A stretch of DNA of 64,000 bases from Eledone cirrhosa (Eukaryota). The first letter of the stretch is position 1; each line of letters opens with the position of its first letter. Shown here piece after piece: positions 9,817-21,800 of this stretch. A model generated the notes under the pieces. It saw only the letters and a list, made by a program, of their open reading frames with translations. It searched no databases and had not been told where the DNA came from. The stretch covers positions 128,650,001-128,714,000 of the forward strand of contig OZ024744.1 of NCBI GenBank assembly GCA_964016885.1, given 5' to 3'. The position numbers and the translations under genes are program-made.

Positions 9817-12800
9817 GTTGAGTTTAAGTTAAGTTGGGATTAAGTTAAGTTGGGGTTAAGTTAAGATGGGGTTAAGTTATGTTGAGGTTAAGTTAAGTTG
9901 GGGTTAAATTAAGTTGGGGTTAAGTTAAGTTGGGGTTAAGTTAAGTTGGGGTTAGGTTAAGTTGGGTTTAAGTTAAGTTGGGGATAAGTTAAGTTGGGGT
10001 TAAGTTAAGTTGGGTTTAAGTTAAGTTGGGGTTAAGTTAAGTTGGGGTTAAGTTAAGTTGGGGTTAAATTAAGTTGGGGTTAAGTTAAGTTGGGGTTGAG
10101 TGAAGTTGGGGTTAAGTTAAGTTGGGGTTAAATTAAATTGGGGTTAAGTTAAGTTGGGGTTGAGTGAAGTTGGGGTTAAGTTAAGTTGGGGTTAAATTAA
10201 GTTGGGGTTAAGTTTAGTTGGGGTTGAGTTAAGTTGGGGTTAATTTAAGTTGGGGCTAAGTTAATTTGTGGTTAAGTTAAGTTGGGGTTAAGTTAAGTTG
10301 GGGTTAAGTTAAGTTGGGGTTGAGTTAAGTTGGGGTTAAGTTAAGTTGGGTTTAAGTTAAGTTGGGGTTAAATTAAGTTGGGGTTAAATTAAGTTGGGGT
10401 TAAGTTAAGTTGGGGGTAAGTTAAGTTGGGGGCAAGTTAAGTTGGGGTTAAGTTAAGTTGGGGTTAAGTTAAGTTGGGGTTAATTTAAGTTGGGGTTATG
10501 TTAAGTCGGGGTTAAGTTAAGTTGGGGTTAAGTTAAGTTGGGGGTAAGTTACGTTAGGGCTAAGTTAAGTTGGGGTTAAGTTAAGTTGGTGTTAAGTTAA
10601 GTTGGGGGTAAGTTACGTTAGGGCTAAGTTACGTTGGGGTTAACTTAACCCCAACTTAACTTAACCCCAACTTAACTTAGACCCAACTTAACTGAGCCCC
10701 AACTTAACTTAACCCCAACGTAACTTAGCCCTAACGTAACTTACCCCCAACTTAACTTAACACCAACTTAACTTAACCCCAACTTAACTTACCCCCAACT
10801 TAACTTACCCCCAACTTAACTTACCCCCAACTTAACTTAACCCCAACTTAACTTAACTTAACCCCAACTTAAGTTAAGTTTGGGTTAAGGTTGGGGTTAA
10901 ATTAAGTTGGGGTTAAGTTAAGTTGGGGTTAAGTTAAGTTGGGGTTAAGTTAAGTTGGGGGTAAGTTAAGTTGGGGTTAAGTTAAGTTCGGGTTAAGTTA
11001 AGTTGGTGTTAAGTTAAGTTGGGGCTGAGTTAAGTTGGGGCTAAGTTAAGTTGGGTCTAAGTTAAGTAGGGGTTAAGTTAAGTTGGGGTTAAGTTAAGTT
11101 GGTTTTAAATTAAGTTGGGGTTAAATTAAGTTGGTGTTAAGTTAAGTTGGGGTTAAGTTAAGTTGGGGTTAATTAAATTGGGGTTAAGTTAAGTTGGGGT
11201 TAAGTTAATTGGGGTTAAATTAAGTTAGGGTTGAGTTAAGTTGGGGTTAAGTTAAGTTGGGGTTATATTAAGTTGGGGTTAAGTTAAGTTGGGGTTAAGT
11301 AAAGTTGGGGTTCAGTTAAGTTGGGGTTAAGTTAAGTTAGGCTTAACTTAAGTTGGGGTTAAGTTAAGTTGGGGGTGAGTTAAGTTGGGGGTAAGTTAAG
11401 TTGGGGTTAAGTTAAGTTGGGGTTAAGTTGGGGTTAAGTTAATTTAGGGTTAAGTTAAGTTGGGGTTGAGTTAAGTTGGGGTTAAGTTAAGTGGTGGTTA
11501 TGTTAAGTTGGGGTTAAGTTAAGTTGGGGTTAATTTAAATTGGGGTTAATTTAACTTTGTGGTTAAGTTAATTTGGGGTTAATTTAAGTTGGGGTTAAGT
11601 TAAGTTGGGGTTAATTTAATTTGTGGTTAAGTTAAGTTGGGGTTAAGTTAAGTTGGCGTTGAGTTAAGCTGGGGTTAAGTTAAGTTGGGGTTAAAATAAG
11701 TTGGGGTTAATTTAAGTTGGGGCTGAGTTAAGTTGGGGTTAAGTTGGGGTTGAGTTAAGTTGGGGTTAAGTTAAGTTGGGATTAAGTTAAGTTGGGGTTA
11801 AGTTAAGTTCGGGTTGAGTTAAGTTGGGGTTAAATTAAGTTGGGGTTAATTTAAGTTGGGGTTAAGTTAAGTTGGGGTTAAGATAAGTTGGGGTTAAGTT
11901 AAGTTGGGGTTAAGTTAAGTTGGGGTTGAGTTAATTTGGGGTTAAGTTAAGTTGGGGTTAACTTAAGTTGGGGTTAAGTTAAGTTGGGGTTAAGTTAAGT
12001 TGGGGGTAAGTTAAGTTGGGGGCAAGTTGAGTTGGGGTTAAGTTAAGTTGGGGTTAAGTTAAGGTGGGGGTAAGTTAAGTTGGGGGTAAGTTAAGTTGGG
12101 GTTAAGTTAAGTTGGGGTTAAGTTAAGTTGGGTTTGAGTTAAGTTGGGGCTAAGTTAAGTTGGGGCTAAGTTAAGTTGGGGCTAAGTTAAGTTGGGGCTG
12201 AGTTAAGTTGGGGTTAAGTTAAGTTGGGGTTGAGTTAAGTTGGGGTTAACTTAAGTTGGGGTTAAGTTGGGGTTAAGTTAAGTTGGGGTTAAGTTAAGTT
12301 GGGGGTTAGTTAAGTTGGGGGCAAGTTAAGTTGGGGTTAATTTAAGTTGGGGTTAAGTTAAGTTGGGGTTATGTTAAGTTGGGGTTAAGTTAAGTTGGGG
12401 TTAAGTTAAGTTGGGGGTAAGTTATGTTGGGGTTAAGTTAAGTTGGGGGTAAGTTAAGTTGAGGGTAAGTTAAGTTGGGGTTAAGTTACGTTGGGGTTAA
12501 ATTAAGTTGGGGTAAGTTAAGCCGGGGGTAAGTTAAGTTGGGGTTAAGTTAAGTTGGGGTTAAATTAAGTTGAGGTTAAGTTAAGTTGGGGTTAAATTAA
12601 GTTGGGGGTAAGATAAGTTGGGGCTAAGTTAAGTTGGGGCTAAGTCAAGTTGGGGTTAAGTCAAGTTGAGGTTAACTTAAGTTGGGGTTAAGTTAAGTTG
12701 GGGTTAAGTTAAGTTGGGGTTAAGGTAAGTTGGGGTTATGTTAAGTTGGGGCTAAGTTAAGTTGGGGCTAAGTTGGGGCTAAGTTAAGTTGGGGCTGAGT

Positions 12801-15800
12801 TAAGTTGGGGTTAAGTTAAGTTGGGGTTGAGTTAAGTTGGGGTTAAGTTAAGTTGGGATTCAATTAAGTTGGGGTTAAGTTACGTTCGGCTTGAGTTAAG
12901 TTGGGGTTAAGTTAAGTTGGGGTTAATTTAAGTTGGGGTTAAGTTAAGTTGGGGTTAAGATAAGTTGGGGTTAAGTTAAGTTGGGGTTAAGTTAAGTTGG
13001 AGTTGAGTTAATTTGGGGTTAAGTTAAGTTGGGGTTAACTTAAGTTGGGGTTAAGTTGGGGTTAAGTTAAGTTGGGGGTAGGTTAAGTTGGGGGCAAGTT
13101 AAGTTGGGTTTAAGTTAAGTTGGGGTTAAGTTAAGTTGGGGGTAAGTTACGTTGGGGTTAAGTTAAGTTGGTGTTAAGTTAAGTTGGGTTTAAGTTAAGT
13201 TGGGGCTAAGTTAAGTTGGGGCTAAGTTAAGTTGGGGCTGAGTTAAGTTGGGGGTAAGTTAAGTTGGGTGTGAGTTAAGTTGGGGTTAAGTTAAGTTGGG
13301 GTTCAGTTCAGTTGGGGTTAAGTTAAGCTGGGGTTAAGTTAAGCTGGGGGTATGTTAAGTTGGGTGTCAGTTAAGTTGGGGTTAAGTTAAGTTGGGGTTA
13401 AGTTAAGTTGGGGTTAAGTTAAGTTGGGGTTAAATTAAGTTGGGGTTAAGTTAAGTTGGGGTTAAGTTAAGTTGGGGTTAAGTTAAGTTGGGGTTAAGTT
13501 AAGTTGGAGTTAAGTTAAGTTGGGGTTAAGCTAAGTTGGGGTTCAGTTAAGTTGGGGTTAAGTTAATTTGGGGTTAAGTTAAGTTCGGGTTGAGTTAAGT
13601 TGGGGTTAAGTTAAGTTGGGGTTAAGTTAAGTTGGGGTTAAGTTAAGTTGGGGTTAAGATAAGTTGGGGTTAAGTTAAGTTGGGGTTAATTTAAGTTGGG
13701 GTTGAGTTAATTTGGGGTTAAGTTAAGTTCGGGTTGAGTTAAGTTGGGGTTAAGTTAAGTTGGGCTTAACTTAAGTTGGGGTTAAGTTAAGTTGGGGTTA
13801 AGTTAAGTTGGGGTTAAGTTAAGTTGGGGGTAAGTTAAGTTGGGGGCAAGTTGAGTTGGAGTTAAGTTAAGTTGGGGTTAAGTTAAGGTGGGGGTAAGTT
13901 AAGTTGGGGGTAAGTTAAGTTGGGGTTAAGTTAAGTTGGGGTTAAGTTAAGTTAAGTTTAAGTTAAGTTGGGGCTAAGTTAAGTTGGGGCTGAGTTAAGT
14001 TGGGGTTAAGTTAAGTTGGGGTTGAGTTAAGTTGGGGTTAACTTAAGTTGGGGTTTAGTTGGGGTTAAGTTAAGTTGGGGTTAAATTAAGTTGGGGGTTA
14101 GTTAAGTTGGGGCAAGTTAAGTTGGGGTTAATTTAAGTTGGGGTTAAGTTAAGTTGGGGTTATGTTAAGTTGGGGTTAAGTTAAGTTGGGGTTAAGTTAA
14201 GTTGGGGGTAAGTTAAGTTGGAGTTAAGTTAAGTTGGGGGTAAGTTAAGTTGAGGGTAAGTTAAGTTGGGGTTAAGTTAAGTTGTGGTTAAATTAAGTTG
14301 GGGGTAAGTTAAGTTGGGGGTAAGTTAAGTTGGGGTTAAGTTAAGTTGGGGTTAAATTAAGTTGAGGTTAAGTTAAGTTGGGGTTAAGTTAAGTTGGGGT
14401 AAGATAAGTTGGGGGTAAAATAAGTTGGGGCTAAGTTAAGTTGGGGCTAAGTCAAGTTGGGGTTAAGTCAAGTTGAGGTTAACTTAAGTTGGGGTTAAGT
14501 TAAGTTGGGGTTAAGTTAAGTTGGGGTTAAGGTAAGTTGGGGTTATGTTAAGTTGGGGCTAAGTTAAGTTGGGGCTAAGTTAAGTTGGGGCTGAGTTAAG
14601 TTGGGGTTAAGTTAAGTTGGGGTTGAGTTAAGTTGGGGTTAAGTTAAGTTGGGATTAAGTTAAGTTGGAGTTAAGTTAAGTTGGGGTTAAGTTAAGTTCG
14701 GCTTGAGTTAAGTTGGGGTTAAGTTAAGTTGGGGTTAAATTAAGTTGGGGTTAAGTTAAGTTGGGGTTAAATTAAGTTGGGGTTCAGTTAAGTTGGGGTT
14801 AAATTAAGTTGGGGTTAAGTTAAGTTGGGGTTAAGTTAATTTGGAGTTAAGTTAAGTTGGGGTTAAGCTAAGTTGGGGTTCAGTTAAGTTGGGGTTAAGT
14901 TAATTTGGGGCTGAGTTAAGTTGGGGTTAAGTTAAGTTCGGGTTGAGTTAAGTTGGGGTTAAGTTAAGTTCGGGTTAAGTTAAGTTGGGGTTAAGATAAG
15001 TTGGGGTTAATTTAAGTTGGGGTTAATTTAAGTTGGGGTTGAGTTAATTTGGGTTTAAGTTAAGTTGGGCTTAACTTAAGTTGGGGTTAAGTTGGGGTTA
15101 AGTTAAGTTGGGGTTAAGTTAAGTTGGGGGTAAGTTAAGTTGGGGGCAAGTTAAGTTGGGGTTAATTTAAGTTGGGGTTAAGTTAAGTTGGGGGTAAGTT
15201 ACGTTGGGGTTAAGTTAAGTTGGGGTTAAGTTAAGTTGGGTTTAAGTTAAGTTGGGGCTAAGTTAAGTTGGGGCTAAGTTAAGTTGGGGCTGAGTTAAGT
15301 TGGGGGTAAGTTAAGTTGGGTGTGAGTTAAGTTGGGGTTAAGTTAAGTTGGGGTTCAGTTCAGTTGGGGTTAAGTTAAGCTGGGGTTAAGTTAAGCTGGG
15401 GGTATGTTAAGTTGGGTGTAAGTTAAGTTGGCTTAAGTTAAGTTGGGGTTAAGTTAAGTTGGGGTTAAGTGGGGGTTAAATTAAGTTGGGGTTAAGTTAA
15501 GTTGGGGTTAAGTTAAGTTGGGGTTAAGTTAAGTTGGGGTTAAGTTAAGGTGGAGTTAAGTTAAGTTGGGGTTAAGCTAAGTTGGGGTTCAGTTAAGTTG
15601 GGGTTAAGTTAATTTGGGGTTAAGTTAAGTTCGGGTTGAGTTAAGTTGGGGTTAAGTTAAGTTGGGGTTAAGTTAAGTTGGGGTTAAGTTAAGTTGGGGT
15701 TAAGATAAGTTGGGGTTAAGTTAAGTTGGGGTTAATTTAAGTTGGGGTTGAGTTAATTTGGGGTTAAGTTAAGTTCGGGTTGAGTTAAGTTGGGGTTAAG

Positions 15801-18800
15801 TTAAGTTGGGCTTAACTTAAGTTGGGGTTAAGTTAAGTTGGGGTTAAGTTAAGTTGGGGTTAAGTTAAGTTGGGGGTAAGTTAAGTTGCGGTTAAGTTAA
15901 GTTGATGTTAAGTTAATTTGGGGTTAAGTTAAGTTGGGGTTAAGTTAAGTTGGGGTTAAGTTAAGGTGGGGTTAAGTTAAGTTGGGGTCAACTTAAGTTG
16001 GGGTTAAGTTAAGTTGGGGTTAACTTAAGTTGGGGTTAAGTTAAGTTGGGGTTAATTTAAGTTGAGGTTAAGTTAAGTTGGTGTTAAGTTAAGTTGGGGC
16101 TAAGTTAAGTTGGGGCTAAGTTAAGTTGGGGTTAAGTTAACTTTGGGTTAAGTTAATTTGGGTTTGAGTTAAGTTGGGGTTAATTAAGTTGGGGTTAAGT
16201 TAAGTTGGGGTTAAGTTAAGTTGGGGTTAAGTTAAGTTGCGGTTAAGTTAAGTTGATGTTAAGTTAATTTGGGGTTAAGTTAAGTTGGGGTTAAGTTAAG
16301 TTGGGGTTAAGTTAAGGTGGGGTTAAGTTAAGTTGGGGTCAACTTAAGTTGGGGTTAAGTTAAGTTGGGGTTAACTTAAGTTGGGGTTAAGTTAAGTTGG
16401 GGTTAATTTAAGTTGAGGTTAAGTTAAGTTGGTGTTAAGTTAAGTTGGGGCTAAGTTAAGTTGGGGCTGAGTTAAGTTGGGGCTGAGTTAAGTTGGAGTT
16501 AAGTTAAGTTGGGGTTGAGTTAAGTTGCGGTTAAGTTAAGTTGGGGTTAAGTTAAGTTGGGGTTAAGTTAAGTTGGGGTTTATTTAAGTTGGGGTTCAGT
16601 TAATTTGGGGTTAAGTTAAGTTTGGGTTAAGTTGGGGTTAAATTAAGTTGGGGTTAAATTAAGTTGGGGTTAAGCTAATTTGGGGTTAAGTTAAGTTGGG
16701 GTTAATTTAAGTTGGGGTTAAGTTAAGTTGCGGGTAATTTAAGTCGGGGTTAAGTTAAGTTGGGGTTAAGTTAAGTTGGGGTTAAGTTAAGGTGGGGTTT
16801 AGTTAAGTTGGGGTTAAGTTAAGTTGGGGGTAAGTTAAGTTGGGGGTAAGTTAAGTTGGGGGTAAGTTAAGTTGGGGTTAAGTTAAGTCGGGGTTAAGTT
16901 AAGTTGGGGTTAAGTTAAGTTGGGGTTAATTTAAGTTGGGGTTAAGTTAAGTTGGGGGTAAGTTAAGTTGGGGGTAAGTTAAGTTAGGGTTAAGTTAAGT
17001 TGGGGTTAAGTTAAGTTGGGGTTGAGTTAAGTTGGGGTTGAGTTAATTTGGGGTTAAGTTGGGGTTAACTTAAGTTGGGTTTAATTTAAGTTGGGGTTAA
17101 GTTAAGTTGGGGTTATAATTAAGTTGCGGTTAAGTTAAGTTGGGGGTAAGATAAGTTGGGGTTAAGTTAAGCTGGGGCTAAGTTAAGTTGGGGCTAAGTT
17201 AAGTTGGGGCTAAGTTAAGTTGGGGTTAAGTTAACTTTGGGTTAAGTTAATTTGGGTTTGAGTTAAGTTGGGGTTAATTAAGTTGGGGTTAAGTTAAGTT
17301 GGGGTTAAGTTAAGTTGGGGTTAAGTTAAGTTGCGGTTAAGTTAAGTTGATGTTAAGTTAATTTGGGGTTAAGTTAAGTTGGGGTTAAGTTAAGTTGGGG
17401 TTAAGTTAAGGTGGGGTTAAGTTAAGTTGGGGTCAACTTAAGTTGGGGTTAAGTTAAGTTGGGGTTAACTTAAGTTGGGGTTAAGTTAAGTTGGGGTTAA
17501 TTTAAGTTGAGGTTAAGTTAAGTTGGTGTTAAGTTAAGTTGGGGCTAAGTTAAGTTGGGGCTGAGTTAAGTTGGGGCTGAGTTAAGTTGGAGTTAAGTTA
17601 AGTTGGGGTTGAGTTAAGTTGCGGTTAAGTTAAGTTGGGGTTAAGTTAAGTTGGGGTTAAGTTAAGTTGGGGTTTATTTAAGTTGGGGTTCAGTTAATTT
17701 GGGGTTAAGTTAAGTTTGGGTTAAGTTGGGGTTAAATTAAGTTGGGGTTAAATTAAGTTGGGGTTAAGCTAATTTGGGGTTAATTTAAGTTGGGGTTAAG
17801 TTAAGTTGCGGGTAATTTAAGTCGGGGTTAAGTTAAGTTGGGGTTAAGTTAAGTTGGGGTTAAGTTAAGGTGGGGTTTAGTTAAGTTGGGGTTAAGTTAA
17901 GTTGGGGGTAAGTTAAGTTGGGGGTAAGTTAAGTTGGGGGTAAGTTAAGTTGGGGTTAAGTTAAGTCGGGGTTAAGTTAAGTTGAGGTTAAGTTAAGTTG
18001 GGGTTAATTTAAGTTGGGGTTAAGTTAAGTTGGGGGTAAGTTAAGTTGGGGGTAAGTTAAGTTAGGGTTAAGTTAAGTTGGGGTTGAGTTAAGTTGGGAT
18101 TAAGTTAAGTTGGGGTTATGTTAAGTTGGGGTTAAGTTAAGTTGGGGTTAAGTTAAGTTGGGGTTAAGTTAAGTTGCGGTTAAGTTAAGTTGGGGTTAAA
18201 TTAAGTTGGGGTTAAGTTAAGTTGGGATTAAGTTAAGTTGGGGTTAAGTTAAGTTGGGGTTAAGTTAAGTTGGGGTTAAGTTAGATTGTTGTTAAGTTAA
18301 GTTGGGGTTAAGTTAAGTTGGGGTTAAGTTAAGTTGGGGTTAATTTAAGTTGGGGTTAAGTTATGTCGGGGTTAAGTTGAGTTGGGGTTAAGTTAAGTTG
18401 GGGTTAAGTTAAGTTGGGGTTAAGTTAAGTTGGGGTTAAGATAAGTTGGGGTTAAGTTAAGTTGGGGTTAAATTAAGTTCGGGTTAAGTTAATTTGGGGT
18501 TGACTTAAGTTGGGGTTAACTTAAGTTGGGATTAAGTTAAGTTGGGGTTAAGTTAAGTTGGGGTTAAATTAAGTTCGGGTTAAGTTAAGTTGGGGTTAAG
18601 TTAAGTTGGGGTTAAGTTAAGTTGGGGTTAAGTTAGGTTGGGGTTAAGTTAAGTTGGGGGTAAGTTAAGTTGGGGTTAAGTTAAGTTGGGGTTAAGTTAA
18701 GTTGGGGGTAAGTTAAGTTGGGGGTAAGTTAAGTTGGGGTTAATTTAAGTTGGGTCGAATTAAGTTGGTGTTAAGTTAAGTTGGGGTTAAGTTAAGTTGG

Positions 18801-21800
18801 GGTTAAGTTAAGTTGGGGTTAAGTTAAGATGGGGTTTAGTTAAGTTGGGGTTAAGTTAAGTTGGGGTTACGTTAAGTTGGGGGTAAGTTAAGTTGGTGGT
18901 AAGTTAAGTTGGGGGTAAGTTAAGATGGGGTTAAATTAAGTTGGGGTTAAGTTAATTTGGGGTTGACTTAATTTGGGGTTGACTTAAGTTGGGGTTAACT
19001 TAAGTTGGGGTTAAGTTAAGATGGGGTTTAGTTAAGTTGGGGTTAAGTTAAGTTGGGGTTTAGTTAAGTTGGGGTTAAGTTAAGTTGGGGTTAAGTTAAG
19101 TTGGGGGTAAGTTAAGTTGGGGGTAAGTTAAGTTGGGGTTAATTTAAGTTGGGTCGAATTAAGTTGGTGTTAAGTTAAGTTGGGGTTAAGTTAAGTTGGG
19201 GTTAAGTTAAGTTGGGGTTAAGTTAAGTTGGGGGTAAGTTAAGTTGGGGGTAAGTTAAGTTGGGTCGAATTAAGTTGGTGTTAAGTTAAGTTGGGGTTAA
19301 GTTAAGTTGGGGTTAAGTTAAGTTGGGGTTGAGTTAAGTCGGGGTTAAGTTAAGTTGGGGTTATGTTAAGTTGGGGTTAAGTTAAGTTGGGGTTAAGTTA
19401 AGTTGGGGTTCAATTAAGTTGCGGTTAATTTAAGTTGGGATTAAGTTAAGTTGGGGTTAAGTTAAGTTGGGGTTAAGTTAAGTTGGGGTTAAATTAAGTT
19501 GGGGTTAAATTAAGTTGGGGTTAAGTTAAGTTGGGGTTATGTTAAGTTGGTGTTAAGTTAAGTTGGGGTTAAGTTAAGTTGGGGTTAAGTTAAGTTGGGG
19601 TTAAGTTAGGTTGGTGTTAAGTTAAGTTGGGGGTAAGTTAAGTTGGGGGTAAGTTAAGTTGGTGTTAAGTTAAGTTGGGGTTAAGTTAAGTTGGGGTTAA
19701 GTTAAGTTGGGTTTAAGTTAAGTTGGGGCTAAGTTAAGTTAGGGCTAAGTTAAGTTGGGGTTAAGTAAAGTTAGGGCTAAGTTAAGTTGGGTTAAGTTAA
19801 GTTGGGGTTAATTTAACTTGGGGTTACATTAAGTTGAGGTTAAGTTAAGTTGGTGTTAAGTTAAGTTGGGGTTAATTTAAGTTGGGGTTAATTAAGTTGG
19901 GGTTAATTTAAGTTGGGGTTAAGTTAAGTTGGGGTTAATTTCAGTTGGGGTTGAGTTAAGTTGGGGTTAAGTTTAGTTGGGGTTAATTTAAGTTGGGGTT
20001 GAGTTAAGTTGGGGTTCAGTTAATTTGGGGTTAAGTTAAGTTTGGGTTAAGTTGGGGTTAAATTAAGTTGGGGTTAAATTAAGTTGGGGTTAAGCTAATT
20101 TGGGGTTAATTTAAGTTGGGGTTAAGTTAAGTTGCGGGTAATTTAAGTCGGGGTTAAGTTAAGTTGGGGTTAAGTTAAGTTGGGGTTAAGTTAAGGTGGG
20201 GTTTAGTTAAGTTGGGGTTAAGTTAAGTTGGGGGTAAGTTAAGTTGGGGGTAAGTTAAGTTGGGGGTAAGTTAAGTTGGGGTTAAGTTAAGTCGGGGTTA
20301 AGTTAAGTTGGGGTTAAGTTAAGTTGGGGTTAATTTAAGTTGGGGTTAAGTTAAGTTGGGGGTAAGTTAAGTTGGGGGTAAGTTAAGTTAGGGTTAAGTT
20401 AAGTTGGGGTTGAGTTAAGTTGGGATTAAGTTAAGTTGGGGTTATGTTAAGTTGGGGTTAAGTTAAGTTGGGGTTAAGTTAAGTTGGGGTTAAGTTAAGT
20501 TGCGGTTAAGTTAAGTTGGGGTTAAATTAAGTTGGGGTTAAGTTAAGTTGGGATTAAGTTAAGTTGGGGTTAAGTTAAGTTGGGGTTAAGTTAAGTTGGG
20601 GTTAAGTTAGATTGTTGTTAAGTTAAGTTGGGGTTAAGTTAAGTTGGGGTTAAGTTAAGTTGGGGTTAATTTAAGTTGGGGTTAAGTTATGTCGGGGTTA
20701 AGTTGAGTTGGGGTTAAGTTAAGTTGGGGTTAAGTTAAGTTGGGGTTAAGTTAAGTTGGGGTTAAGATAAGTTGGGGTTAAGTTAAGTTGGGGTTAAATT
20801 AAGTTCGGGTTAAGTTAATTTGGGGTTGACTTAAGTTGGGATTAAGTTAAGTTGGGGTTAAGTTAAGTTGGGGTTAAATTAAGTTCGGGTTAAGTTAAGT
20901 TGGGGTTAAGTTAAGTTGGGGTTAAGTTAAGTTGGGGTTAAGTTAGGTTGGGGTTAAGTTAAGTTGGGGGTAAGTTAAGTTGGGGTTAAGTTAAGTTGGG
21001 GTTAAGTTAAGTTGGGGGTAAGTTAAGTTGGGGGTAAGTTAAGTTGGGGTTAATTTAAGTTGGGTCGAATTAAGTTGGTGTTAAGTTAAGTTGGGGTTAA
21101 GTTAAGTTGGGGTTAAGTTAAGTTGGGGTTAAGTTAAGATGGGGTTTAGTTAAGTTGGGGTTAAGTTAAGTTGGGGTTACGTTAAGTTGGGGGTAAGTTA
21201 AGTTGGTGGTAAGTTAAGTTGGGGGTAAGTTAAGATGGGGTTAAATTAAGTTGGGGTTAAGTTAATTTGGGGTTGACTTAATTTGGGGTTGACTTAAGTT
21301 GGGGTTAACTTAAGTTGGGGTTAAGTTAAGATGGGGTTTAGTTAAGTTGGGGTTAAGTTAAGTTGGAGTTTAGTTAAGTTGGGGTTAAGTTAAGTTGGGG
21401 TTAAGTTAAGTTGGGGGTAAGTTAAGTTGGGGGTAAGTTAAGTTGGGGTTAATTTAAGTTGGGTCGAATTAAGTTGGTGTTAAGTTAAGTTGGGGTTAAG
21501 TTAAGTTGGGGTTAAGTTAAGTTGGGGTTAAGTTAAGTTGGGGGTAAGTTAAGTTGGGGGTAAGTTAAGTTGGGGTTAATTTAAGTTGGGTCGAATTAAG
21601 TTGGTGTTAAGTTAAGTTGGGGTTAAGTTAAGTTGGGGTTAAGTTAAGTTGGGGTTGAGTTAAGTCGGGGTTAAGTTAAGTTGGGGTTATGTTAAGTTGG
21701 GGTTAAGTTAAGTTGGGGTTAAGTTAAGTTGGGGTTCAATTAAGTTGCGGTTAATTTAAGTTGGGGTTAAGTTAAGTTGGGGTTAAGTTAAGTTGGGGTT

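Noticed and set aside
10640-10872. piggyBac-type insertion suggested by flanking TTAA
   Set aside because: TTAA occurs twice per monomer, and the enclosed DNA is only reverse-complement satellite with no terminal inverted repeats or transposase.
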